Notes under the pieces: generated by a model
Told to the model about the DNA's origin: nothing
Seen by the model: only the letters and a program-made list of their open reading frames with translations
The model's database searches: none
In this document: positions 1 through 9,228 of the stretch, one piece after another
Layout of the letters: each line of letters begins with the position of its first letter
Position numbering within the stretch: position 1 is the stretch's first letter
Program-made: the position numbers and the translations under genes
Source of the DNA: a bacterium
Lineage (GTDB): Bacteria > Zhuqueibacterota > Zhuqueibacteria > Residuimicrobiales > Krinioviventaceae
Length of the DNA: 64,000 nucleotides
Reading direction: 5' to 3'
NCBI GenBank assembly: GCA_963674595.2
Contig: CAXXFV010000029.1
Location: 167,312-231,311, forward strand

Positions 1-380
1 TATTCCCTGGCTGCTTCAATCAAAACATCGGCCGGGTTGCCGCTCCTGACGAGACAAACAGGCGGGTGTTTTTTAAAAGCAGAACGATCGATCTCCTCTT
101 CCAATCGTGTTCGAATTGAGGAATTTTCTTCGCCTACATGAACAATAATCGGCCATGTACCAAGCAGAGATGCAAAACGATGCGCTTCGTTCAACACGGC
201 GTTCAGCCTGGGTGAAAAAGCAGCCGCCACAACAGCACGTCTGAAAACCGGCTCCGGGTCTGATAAATTATTTAACAAATCCTTTTTCAATAAATTGCCT
301 GCTCCTTTTCTGACTTGTTTAAAAGATATAAAGTAATCCACTAAAGTAACATTGTCAATCAAAATTTTTGCAAAATTCAT
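1..380 (-). CDS. Universal stress protein (UspA)-like protein, partial (3' end lies outside the window)
   Basis: Manual reverse-complement translation from ATG at 380-378 is open to position 1: MNFAKILIDN...FRRAVVAAAFSPRLNAVLNEAHRFASLLGTWPIIVHVGEE...GNPADVLIEAARE. This resembles a Usp-type alpha/beta domain. It is absent from the ORF track because no stop codon lies in the window. Confidence 0.45.
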   Translation of the reverse strand, partial: MNFAKILIDNVTLVDYFISFKQVRKGAGNLLKKDLLNNLSDPEPVFRRAVVAAAFSPRLNAVLNEAHRFASLLGTWPIIVHVGEENSSIRTRLEEEIDRSAFKKHPPVCLVRSGNPADVLIEAARE

Positions 381-488
381 TTTTTTTCAAAAATGTTATT
401 GTATGTCTGTTTATTATTATTTGTATTTTGAACACTTTTTTATTATATTCCCTGCAATCAAAGAATTATCTTTTATAAGAGAAAGTTT

Positions 489-827
489 ATGCCGAAATCC
501 TTATTTTTTGCCTGGGCTGACCTTGACTGGATTCCAGTTGACGCCAACACCCGCCGAAAACAAATATGGCTTGATAACATCATGCATGTTATGGTCGAGC
601 TAAAAGCAGGTACAACAGCCCCTGCCCATAGTCATCCTCATGAACAAACCGGAATTATCCTCCAGGGAACGTTAAAAGTGACCGTTGGCGATCAGGAAAA
701 GACGCTTCCGACAGGAGCAGGATATTTGGTGCCGCCCAATATGGTGCACGGCGTGCAGGTCATTGGCGATGAGGATGTTTTAATATTGGATACATTTACA
801 CCCATCCGGGAAGATTTTCTTAAATAA
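489..827 (+). CDS. Cupin domain protein
   Basis: 112 aa with the cupin_2 motif pair: HSHPHEQTGIILQG ... GYLVPPNMVHGVQ. Confidence 0.75.
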   Translation: MPKSLFFAWADLDWIPVDANTRRKQIWLDNIMHVMVELKAGTTAPAHSHPHEQTGIILQGTLKVTVGDQEKTLPTGAGYLVPPNMVHGVQVIGDEDVLILDTFTPIREDFLK

Positions 828-995
828 AACCAGATTGCCGTCAAGCAATCATCATGTGATACATTTCCCAGACCGGTAGTTGCTTTTGCCGTCCTGAAAA
901 AATTGAACCTGTTTTTTCAAGATATTATTATATTTAAAAAAATACACATATTTCTAAATTATATTACCATATAATATCCGAAAGGAGGTCAATTT

Positions 996-2606
996 ATGGT
1001 TCAGTTTGCATGGCTGGATTATTTTTGGACAATAGCCTATCTTATTCTCATGATCGGCTGCGGAGCCATATTTTACAAGCTTGGTAAACGTTCCGAATCT
1101 GATTTTTTTCTGGCAGGGCGCGGACTGCCCTGGTGGCTGCCCGCAACATCAAACTTTGCAACACACACAGCAACAGATACTCCCATGTGGTTTTCAGGGC
1201 TTGTCTATTCAAAGGGACTCTATGGTATGTGGTACTCCCTTTTTGCAGGCTGGTGCGCCATTAGTGCATGGGTATCAACGCGAATTTTCCGACGTTCATT
1301 GGCCGGTACACAGGCAGAGTGGCAAACCTTACGTTTCAGCGGATTAGGTTCGGAGCTGCTGCGAGGCTGGATGGCCGGATGGCAGGTGGCTATGTCCATG
1401 TTTATTGCCGGCTGGGTAGGCATTGCCATGGGTAATGTCTGTAATTATGCGTTTGGCTGGCCGTTGTGGTATGGACTGGTTATCTTTTCAACCCTGTGCT
1501 GTTTGTATGTTATTGCAGCCGGTTACTGGGGCGTTATTATTGCCGACGTACAACAGGGTATCACCATGTTTATCGTTATTATTCTGGTTTCTGTTTGGGC
1601 TGCCATTGCTGCCGGCGGACCCAGTGAAATTGTCGCCAAACTGCACGAAATGAACGTCAGCGAAATGCTCAATCCGTTTCGTACATCGGGATTCATGTCC
1701 GGTGATTACCCGCTGCTTTGGCTGATTACCATGATTGCGGTGCCGTTTCTCGGTGGTTTTGGTATGGCAACCCATTTTGACTGGTTTGTTGAAGCACAAC
1801 GCATTCAGTCTGCCAGAAACGTTAAAGATGCGGCCTATAGCATTTGGTGGGGAACTGCCGCTGTTATTTTTAGAAACGCCATCTGGGGTATTGCTATCCT
1901 TGCTATTTTTGTTATCACACAGGGTAACCTGTCAAATACTGAAGCGCAGTTGGCATGGTTTAAAATCGGTTTTGAATATTTTCCGGTCGGAATGGTTGGA
2001 TTTTTCTTTGCCGCTATTTTGGCCATTCACATTTCTTCTGTTGCCGGTATTTTAAATTTAGGTTCCATGTATGCAACACGCGATTTGTACCATCATTATA
2101 TTAATCCAAAAGCCAGCGAAGCCAAAGTTGTATGGATTGGCCGAATTATGACGATTGTCGTGCTTCTTGGGTCGTTCTTTTTCGGATTGATGATTGGAAC
2201 AGATATTGTTGACTGGTTGTTTTTCGCCCTCTGGCTGATGGTTGCCGGAACATGGGTGCCGAATATTTTGCAGGTCATTTGGTGGCGCTTTAACGCATGG
2301 GGCTATTTGTCCGCATGGATCGCAAACCTTGGTATCTGCTGGCTGGTTGTTTGGGTGCTTCCATCCTATGGAATGATTCCCGACTTGCCGGATTATCAAC
2401 AATTCTGGCTGCTCATCGTTCTTGTCGCACTCGTATATATTCCGGTCACATTTTTAACAAAACCGGATGATATGGACAAACTGGTTAAAGTATATGCACA
2501 AACACGCCCGATCGGCTTTTGGGGTCCGGTTAAAAAAGAAGCAGAACGCCGCGGTTTACTTCAAGCTATTGAAGAATTAGACCGTAAAGCTGAACAAGAA
2601 GTTTAG
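996..2606 (+). CDS. Sodium:solute symporter (SSF) family transporter
   Basis: 536 aa polytopic membrane protein. N-terminal FFLAGRGLPWWLPATSNFATHTATDTPMWFSG resembles the SSF signature. GGAGG lies 7 nt upstream of the ATG. Confidence 0.7.
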   Translation: MVQFAWLDYFWTIAYLILMIGCGAIFYKLGKRSESDFFLAGRGLPWWLPATSNFATHTATDTPMWFSGLVYSKGLYGMWYSLFAGWCAISAWVSTRIFRRSLAGTQAEWQTLRFSGLGSELLRGWMAGWQVAMSMFIAGWVGIAMGNVCNYAFGWPLWYGLVIFSTLCCLYVIAAGYWGVIIADVQQGITMFIVIILVSVWAAIAAGGPSEIVAKLHEMNVSEMLNPFRTSGFMSGDYPLLWLITMIAVPFLGGFGMATHFDWFVEAQRIQSARNVKDAAYSIWWGTAAVIFRNAIWGIAILAIFVITQGNLSNTEAQLAWFKIGFEYFPVGMVGFFFAAILAIHISSVAGILNLGSMYATRDLYHHYINPKASEAKVVWIGRIMTIVVLLGSFFFGLMIGTDIVDWLFFALWLMVAGTWVPNILQVIWWRFNAWGYLSAWIANLGICWLVVWVLPSYGMIPDLPDYQQFWLLIVLVALVYIPVTFLTKPDDMDKLVKVYAQTRPIGFWGPVKKEAERRGLLQAIEELDRKAEQEV

Positions 2607-2615
2607 GAGGATATT

Positions 2616-2909
2616 ATGGGCTTTATAAAACGTAAATGGACCCCGCATGAAGCTGAAGAGTGGACAAAGGAAGACTGGATTGCGATTGTCATTTCCCCGT
2701 TTAGTTATATTTTATTAACGATGGGACTTGGTATGTCGCTCTTTCTGATACCACTTGGCTTTATATTGCTGGGCATTGGTATTGTTATTACAGTAATTAT
2801 GTTTTACTCAATCGGTCCCAAGCTGGACGCTGTTTCTGAAGGTTATGAGAAAAAACAGCGTGAATATCTGAAAGACCTGGAAAAGATTCAAAGATGGGAG
2901 GATGAATAA
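2616..2909 (+). CDS. Small membrane protein (2 TM), hypothetical, co-oriented with the symporter
   Basis: 97 aa ORF starting 10 nt after the symporter stop, with a GGAGG RBS. It has two hydrophobic helices and a charged C-terminus. Confidence 0.6.
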   Translation: MGFIKRKWTPHEAEEWTKEDWIAIVISPFSYILLTMGLGMSLFLIPLGFILLGIGIVITVIMFYSIGPKLDAVSEGYEKKQREYLKDLEKIQRWEDE

Positions 2910-3031
2910 TGGAAAAAGGGTTAACCGTTGTTATTGGAATGACCATATCATATTTATTCTCTTTGGCAGGCCTTATATTCGCATGGGTCTATTACAAGAA
3001 AAATAAAAAACAAGCAAGCAAAAGGAGTTAA
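2909..3031 (+). CDS. 40-aa single-TM peptide, hypothetical
   Basis: The ATG overlaps the preceding stop (TAATG), and GGGAGG lies upstream. Manual translation: MEKGLTVVIGMTISYLFSLAGLIFAWVYYKKNKKQASKRS. It is below the ORF-track size cutoff. Confidence 0.4.
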   Translation: MEKGLTVVIGMTISYLFSLAGLIFAWVYYKKNKKQASKRS

Positions 3032-3036
3032 AAAAT

Positions 3037-3192
3037 ATGTTAGCCATTATAGCTCAGGCCACACGAATAGGCAGCCCGATCCTTGGGTATGTTATTCCGG
3101 CCGTTATCTTTTTTGTCTCATTTCTGGTTGCTTATCTTCTTTATGTGCATTTTACCAAACAAATGCACTCGACTGATTCTGAAGAAAAGTAA
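3037..3192 (+). CDS. 51-aa membrane peptide, hypothetical
   Basis: AAAGGAG RBS precedes the ATG at 3037. Manual translation: MLAIIAQATRIGSPILGYVIPAVIFFVSFLVAYLLYVHFTKQMHSTDSEEK. A strong terminator follows. Confidence 0.45.
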   Translation: MLAIIAQATRIGSPILGYVIPAVIFFVSFLVAYLLYVHFTKQMHSTDSEEK

Positions 3193-3227
3193 ATATGATA
3201 TAAATTTCTTTTATATTAAAATAAAAA

Positions 3228-3256
3228 CGGACAGTGATGATCACTGTCCGTTTTTT
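3228..3256 (+). terminator. Rho-independent terminator of the symporter operon
   Basis: cggacagtga-tga-tcactgtccg forms a perfect 10-bp stem and is followed by TTTTTT. Confidence 0.8.
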
Positions 3257-3296
3257 GTTTTATAACGTTTCTGCTCTTTATTTTGGTTCAAACAAG

Positions 3297-5003
3297 ATCG
3301 AAACAACTCATTCCCGGAAAGCAGGATTCAGATAGTTTCACGGTATTCCTTTGTGCTCTTTGTGGAAAATGATAACTCACCATATTCAAAAAACTCATAC
3401 TCCCCAATACTGAAACGCGGAAACCATTGTGTACATTGTGTTAAAAAATCACAATGCCCAATTAAATCCATCCAAAAGTAAAAATCCGTGTTGATTAGTT
3501 TTAACCGCCAAGAACACAAAGAATACACAAAGGACACAAAGAATTAATAATATCTATTTCATCTCAATACTAATACCGAAACACCTCATTCCCGGAAAGC
3601 AGGATTCCAAACAGCTTTACGATATTCCTTTGTGATCTTTGTGGAAAAGGATAACTCGCCATATTTAAAAAACTCATACTCCCCAATACTGAAACGCGGA
3701 AACCATTGTGTCCTTTGTGTTAAAAAAAATCACAATGCCCTAATTAAATCCATCCCAAAGGAGAGCATCGTGTCGATTAGTTTTAACCGCCAAAAACACA
3801 AAGAATACACAAAGAATACAAAGAATTAATAATATCTATTTCATTTCAATTCAGACACCGAAACACCTCATTCCCGGAAAGCAGGATTCAGATAGTTTCA
3901 CGGTATTCCTTTGTGATCTTTGTGGAAAATGATAATTCGCCATATTCAAAAAACTCATACCCCCCAATGCTGAAACGCGGAAACCATTGTGTACATTGTG
4001 TTAAAAAATCACAATGCCCCAATTAAATTCATCTCAATGTAAAATTCCGAGTCGATTAGTTTTAACCGCCAAAAACACAAAGAATACAAAGAATTAATAA
4101 TATCTATTTCATTTCAATTCAGACACCGAAACACCTCATTCCCGGAAAGCAGGATTCAGATAGTTTCACGGTATTCCTTTGTGATCTTTGTGGAAAATGA
4201 TAACTCGCCATATTCAAAAAACTCATACACCCCAATACTGAAACGCGGAAAGCATTGTGTACATTGTGTTAAAAAATCACAATGCCCTAATTAAATCCAT
4301 CCAAAAGTAAAAATCCGTGTTGATTAGTTTTAACCGCCAAGAACACAAAGGATACACAAAGGGCACAAAGAATTAATAATATCTATTTCATCTCAACACA
4401 GACACCGAAACACCTCATTCCCGGAAAGCAGGATTCAGATAGTTTCACGGTATTCCTTTGTGATCTTTGTGGAAAATGATAACTCGCCATATTCAAAAAA
4501 CTCATACTCCCCAATACTGAAACGCGGAAACCATTGTGTACATTGTGTTAAAAAATCACAATGCCCTAATTAAATCCATCCCAAAGGAGAGCATCGTGTC
4601 GATTAGTTTTAACCGCCAAAAACACAAAGAATACACAAAGAATACAAAGAATTAATAATATCTATTTCATTTCAATTCAGACACCGAAACACCTCATTCC
4701 CGGAAAGCAGGATTCCAAACAGCTTTACGATATTCCTTTGTGATCTTTGTGGAAAATGATAACTCGCCATATTCAAAAAACTCATATTCCCCAACACGGA
4801 AACACGGAAACCATTGTGTACATTGTGTTAAAAAATCATTATGCCCCAGTTAAATTCGTCTTAATGTAAAATTCCGAGTCTATCAATTTTAACCGCCAAG
4901 AACACAAAGGATACACAAAGGGCACAAAGAATTAATAATATCTATTTCATCTCAATACTAATACCGAAACAACTCATTCCCGGCAAGAAGGAATCCAGCA
5001 TAC
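3297..5003. repeat. Tandem array: 6 full copies plus one truncated copy of a ~280-bp non-coding unit
   Basis: The motif ctcattcccgg recurs at 3307, 3585, 3867, 4135, 4414, 4693 and 4973, giving periods of 278/282/268/279/279/280. Units are roughly 85-95% identical by eye, and reading frames are not conserved between them. Confidence 0.95.
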
Positions 5004-5021
5004 GATTATTCTTTTGGTTGA

Positions 5022-5073
5022 AAGGTACAGCCCTAGCGTTAACCCGTCCCGGGACAGTACCACAGGATAATCA
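5022..5073. repeat. 53-nt conserved module (copy 1) immediately 3' of minus-strand orphan gene 5071..6138
   Basis: aaaggtacagccctagcgttaacccgtcccgggacagtaccacaggataatca aligns without gaps to 6534-6586 (39/53 identical). It contains the palindrome gtcccgggac. Confidence 0.7.
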
Positions 5074-6138
5074 GTGATAATTAATAATCTCTCCATCCTC
5101 AGAAACACGATACGGTCGCCAATTTTCCCCACCGTAATCATAAATTCTATAGCCTAATCTTTTAAAAAGACTTTTTTCCCTTGTTGTAAAATCATACATC
5201 AAAAAACCACCAGGATTAAGCCATCCAGGTAATATTGGTGAATCATAAAAAAAGAATAATTTCTCATTTCCAAGACAACGACACCAACCTATTCTATAAT
5301 CAGAAAACAACTTTGTAACCTGGTCCGTTTCTACATTATACAAAAAAACATGTTCCTGATCTTTGCTGACAACAAGCTCATGGTTCGAATACCATGTTAT
5401 CGGTGTATAGTTTTTAATAATTTTATCAATTCTGTTTGTTTTTAAATTTAATAAATATATCAAGGTACAATCTTGACTTTTGTCATAGGTTCTCACAAAA
5501 TAATATTTTTTATTCTTGGTAAAATGGTAATCATATGACATTGGCAGTCCAACGATGTCATTAAACTCTTTAATCTTTGATATGTATTTTTCCTCAAGAT
5601 TAAGCAGCCAAAGGACATATTTATCTTCCTCTTTAACTGATGCCTTAAACAGCAATATCACCTTTTCTTCAACATTATACATTTTCCACAACATGTCTTT
5701 TTCCAATACATTTTCATCCTTTACAAAATTTGTGTCTTCATAACTTACAGTATATTCGACATTATAATTCATGTCATACACATTAAAATCGTGATTATGA
5801 GTACGATGAAAATTAGTAAAATGAAAATTAGATTCAAGAATATAACAACCAATGTATAAACCATAATGCCAGCCCAGTTTAAACAGGTATTTTTTTTCTT
5901 TCAAACTATAACCAACACAGCCGTCACTTGCAACTTCATTAAAGACCAAAGTATCTTTGTTAACTAAATATGGTGTTGACACATGGCTATTGGCTTGGTA
6001 TAAAAGGACCTCTTGTTTGGTTGAAATATCCTTACTATAAATAGCTTTATCCTTTGGATGATAATACAACAAGTATTCCTGAGCGATGACATTTGTAGCC
6101 ATACAAATAACTAATAACGTATATTGAAGAAATTTCAT
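5071..6138 (-). CDS. Hypothetical secreted protein, possible PD40/TolB-like beta-propeller repeats
   Basis: 355 aa with an N-terminal signal peptide (MKFLQYTLLVICMATNVIAQ). Recurring motifs of the type Y.LN..T....K. The gene is very AT-rich compared with its neighbours. Confidence 0.6.
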   Translation of the reverse strand: MKFLQYTLLVICMATNVIAQEYLLYYHPKDKAIYSKDISTKQEVLLYQANSHVSTPYLVNKDTLVFNEVASDGCVGYSLKEKKYLFKLGWHYGLYIGCYILESNFHFTNFHRTHNHDFNVYDMNYNVEYTVSYEDTNFVKDENVLEKDMLWKMYNVEEKVILLFKASVKEEDKYVLWLLNLEEKYISKIKEFNDIVGLPMSYDYHFTKNKKYYFVRTYDKSQDCTLIYLLNLKTNRIDKIIKNYTPITWYSNHELVVSKDQEHVFLYNVETDQVTKLFSDYRIGWCRCLGNEKLFFFYDSPILPGWLNPGGFLMYDFTTREKSLFKRLGYRIYDYGGENWRPYRVSEDGEIINYH

Positions 6139-6267
6139 AAAGACTCCTGATAATCGCCATTATAAACTGCGTTTGACCATAGACCGATAAATAGTACATA
6201 TAAAAAAGATAAATGACGCCATAGACTCCGGGACAAAACCGCCAGGAACAGACTTTTTCCCGAGTAC

Positions 6268-6466
6268 TCTTCCTTTGTGATCTTTGTGAAAGACTATAAT
6301 TCGCCATATTCAAAAAACTCATACACCCCAACACTGAATCGCGGAAACCATTGTGTCCTTTGTGTTAAAAAAAAACACAATGCCCTAATTAAATCCATCC
6401 CAAAGTAAAATTCCGAGTCGATCAATTTTAACCGCCAAGAACACAAAGAATACACAAAGGACAAAG
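6268..6466. repeat. Solo copy of the ~195-bp core of the tandem-array unit
   Basis: The stretch ttcctttgtgatctttgtg...cgcggaaaccattgtgtcctttgtgtt...ttaaccgccaagaacacaaagaatacacaaagg matches the array core. It lacks both the ctcattcccgg hairpin module and the AT-rich linker. Confidence 0.85.
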
Positions 6467-6533
6467 TTTTCAAGCATTCCTCTGCGAACCTCTGCGGTCT
6501 CTGCAACTCTGCGTTTAAAAAATAATAAAATAC

Positions 6534-6586
6534 AAAGGTACAACCCTCATTTCAAGTTATCCCGGGGTAGCACTACAGGATAATCA
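6534..6586. repeat. 53-nt conserved module (copy 2), 3' of minus-strand orphan gene 6637..7056
   Basis: aaaggtacaaccctcatttcaagttatcccggggtagcactacaggataatca. See 5022-5073 for the alignment. Confidence 0.7.
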
Positions 6587-6636
6587 TTTTTTTAATTCTA
6601 AAGCCCAGGAGTAAAAATTTTTGGACGAATTTAATT

Positions 6637-7056
6637 TTATGGCATGTCTCTAAAAATAAGTCCCTTCATTTTAACAACTTTACCATTTTTGATATATACA
6701 TTCATATGCTCAACCAAACTTTTGTAAGCCACATACTTGAATATTTCATACTCAATTCCATCTTTTTTCTTATTTTTAATCTTTTTGGGCTTTATAGGAA
6801 AATTCTCCAATTCCGATTTATCTTGCCCCAAATAAATTGACAAGTTATTTGGATTATATTTTCGGTCTCCAATTTTAGGGCGCTGTAAAAAAAGAGTATC
6901 TTTAGCAGCACTAAAATTAATACCATATAATTCATTATCATGAGTATAGCCAAAACTTCTATTGAACGTACTAGTTTCATCTATTGTTATAGATGTGTGA
7001 AGTACTGTACAGCCACTTATTAAAAATAAACAAACTATTATTATTAATACTTTCAT
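6637..7056 (-). CDS. Hypothetical lipoprotein
   Basis: 139 aa with a lipobox-like N-terminus (MKVLIIIVCLFLISGC). AT-rich. Confidence 0.6.
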   Translation of the reverse strand: MKVLIIIVCLFLISGCTVLHTSITIDETSTFNRSFGYTHDNELYGINFSAAKDTLFLQRPKIGDRKYNPNNLSIYLGQDKSELENFPIKPKKIKNKKKDGIEYEIFKYVAYKSLVEHMNVYIKNGKVVKMKGLIFRDMP

Positions 7057-7284
7057 ATTATTTATTACCTTTTATTCATCATAAAAAAATTACCACCTTT
7101 GATCAATATTATGTCTGGAATTATATGCAAGTTGCAACCAGAGGGAACCAACTACATGGCCGGCACCATGAAATGACTGCCAAAATCCTATATTTAATTT
7201 ACCCGGTAACAATTGTGTCGGCAAAAAATGTGTCCCCCAAGAGGCATTAATAACCTGGGCCGTGGCACTTTTTAATAAAACTAT

Positions 7285-9198
7285 CTACTTTTTCATATCA
7301 TAAAGCATTTGCGCGGCTTCCAGTCCGCCAAAGCGGGCCAGACCTGGGATAAAGACATTTTGCAACAAATAATCCTCTGTATTCATCTCCGCCAAGTTCA
7401 CCGTACCGGCCGACTTGACTTTACGGTCGCACACATCAGCCGCCAGCAGACACCAGGCAGCCGCCTGTTTTTCGCCCAAAAGTGTTACTTGCTTATAGTC
7501 TTTGGCAAAGGTAACAGCCGCTAAAATGTCCTGAATTCGTTCCTGTACATCTGATCTGTTGAACGTGTAAAAATGTTTGATACTTTCATCACGTCCGGTC
7601 ATGCCATCCGTCAAAACATGTTCCCCGACCCGGAAAACATCAATAGCCAAAACACTCTCACCAGCATCCAGCCGCTCTTTAACAGCCGCAACAGGATTCG
7701 TTCCATCCAGGGCTTTATTTTTACCATCCGGATTCACATAAATGGTTATATTATTATTGCCGGTTTGCGGTTCAAACAAAAATGCCGGGATCCAGTTGTT
7801 CTTATCTTTTTCAGAAATCAACAGCCGCGTCAGCAAAAACGATTCACCCGCGCTTTCACCCAACACTTTAACATCACAGGACAGATTTTCATCCGCCGCA
7901 ATAATATGCTTAAAGGCCGTCCCATAAATACCACTAAATTTACCTTTATCCTTTTTCATCGTTTCAAAAGCATCTTTAGAGCGCTGTTTTAAAAACCCGG
8001 TCATGTTCTCTTCGTTCATATCACCGGGCGGCTGCGTTTCACCCGGAAAGTTGAGTAAATCTTTGCCGGCATCGACCTGAAAGGGTTGTTCCTTAAAATG
8101 ATCAGCATTGTCATCATCCAGCAGCCATTTGCCGAACCAGGCGTAAACAGCTTCCCGGCTGTCTTTGTTATAATTATGGGGATAATCATACTGAACATAT
8201 TTAACCTTGTCTTCAGCATCATACAATTTGTAAATAGAACGCATCATGGGGTATTCCACAGTCGGGGTGTTTTTGGTCCAGTCCTGGGTGGTAGACACCA
8301 TCAGCAAGGGTCTCGGGGCAGCCAGCGCACCGATTTCTATATTAAAGGTGTTCAGCCGCAATCCGGACACATTTTCGCACAAACAGCCGCCCTGAAAATG
8401 AGCGGACAGCATGTTGACAGGTGCGGCGACCTGAATCCGGTTATCAACCGCCGTCAGCATAAAGGTCTGGGTACCGCCGCCGGAAGCCCCGGTGCAGCCG
8501 ATGCGGGTAATGTCCACATCCGGCAGGGATGATATAAAATCTACAGCGCGAAGGCTGTTCCACAATTGCAGTCCCATAAGACTGATGCCCCATAAACGGT
8601 GCATGTCCGTATCGGCAAATTTATGGGATACCTGTTTACTGTCCTGGTAACCGACCATGTCATAGGAAAAAACAACATAGCCCTGTTTGGCAAAATTGAT
8701 ACATCGGCCTGGTATGGAATTTTCATCTGAATTTTCCAAACGACCTTTCCAGTGCCCGTGGGGCGTAACAATGGCCGGGAACACGGATTTATCTCCGCGC
8801 GGCCGGTATAAATTTCCGGTGACAAAAAATCCGGGATAACTCTGAAAATAGACCTTTTCTATGGTATAATCCGGGTGTTCGATTTTATCATAAACTTGCG
8901 CCTCCAGAGGCGTTCTGTCCGGCAGGGGCCATAAACCGGTGGTGATGAAAATATGTCGTTTGAGATAATTTGCCCGCTCCTGCCAGTCACTCAATGTTTT
9001 ATATTCCGGCATGTCATAGTCCATGTCCCGGCCTTTACGGATATTCTGTAATCGTGCGTCTCTCAAGGTGGTGTCCGCATCGGTATATACACACAATTGT
9101 TCCGTCGTCAGCTTTTCAAATTGCGCCAAGTCAATCTCCTTTTTACTGCCGCATCCAAACAGCACTACAAGCGACAACAAACCTGTCATCCACTTCAT
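7285..9198 (-). CDS. Alpha/beta-hydrolase lipoprotein (acetyl-xylan-esterase / dienelactone-hydrolase-like)
   Basis: 637 aa with a lipoprotein signal (LSLVVLFGCG). Nucleophile-elbow-like GCTGASGGGTQTF follows a PHGHW segment. Confidence 0.65.
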   Translation of the reverse strand: MKWMTGLLSLVVLFGCGSKKEIDLAQFEKLTTEQLCVYTDADTTLRDARLQNIRKGRDMDYDMPEYKTLSDWQERANYLKRHIFITTGLWPLPDRTPLEAQVYDKIEHPDYTIEKVYFQSYPGFFVTGNLYRPRGDKSVFPAIVTPHGHWKGRLENSDENSIPGRCINFAKQGYVVFSYDMVGYQDSKQVSHKFADTDMHRLWGISLMGLQLWNSLRAVDFISSLPDVDITRIGCTGASGGGTQTFMLTAVDNRIQVAAPVNMLSAHFQGGCLCENVSGLRLNTFNIEIGALAAPRPLLMVSTTQDWTKNTPTVEYPMMRSIYKLYDAEDKVKYVQYDYPHNYNKDSREAVYAWFGKWLLDDDNADHFKEQPFQVDAGKDLLNFPGETQPPGDMNEENMTGFLKQRSKDAFETMKKDKGKFSGIYGTAFKHIIAADENLSCDVKVLGESAGESFLLTRLLISEKDKNNWIPAFLFEPQTGNNNITIYVNPDGKNKALDGTNPVAAVKERLDAGESVLAIDVFRVGEHVLTDGMTGRDESIKHFYTFNRSDVQERIQDILAAVTFAKDYKQVTLLGEKQAAAWCLLAADVCDRKVKSAGTVNLAEMNTEDYLLQNVFIPGLARFGGLEAAQMLYDMKK

Positions 9199-9228
9199 TT
9201 CTCCTCCTGGTCCTTATGGAAATTTATA

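Noticed and set aside
903-931. Sigma70-like promoter upstream of the symporter (TTGAAC-17-TATTAT)
   Set aside because: The spacing is plausible, but this is a single occurrence in a very AT-rich region where such matches arise by chance. It is not listed as a feature.
3328-3829. ORFs of 65-69 aa inside the tandem array (3328..3537 minus, 3632..3829 plus), and the related ORF 6294..6506 in the solo copy
   Set aside because: Only 2 of 6 array units keep an ORF of 60 aa or more. Indels between units break the frames, and the 'proteins' are low-complexity read-through of the CTTTGTG repeats (…FVYSLCS…, …HKEYTKNTKN). I treat them as non-coding.
3297-5003. CRISPR array
   Set aside because: The period is about 280 bp with no alternation between a short constant repeat and unique spacers. 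The 'spacers' are themselves repeated, and no cas genes are in the window.
5022-6586. Classical integron cassette array (attC sites)
   Set aside because: There is no intI gene in the window, and I could not find the RYYYAAC...GTTRRRY boundaries in the repeat core or the 53-nt module. I kept it only as an architecture analogy in the findings. An attC CM scan is needed to close the question.
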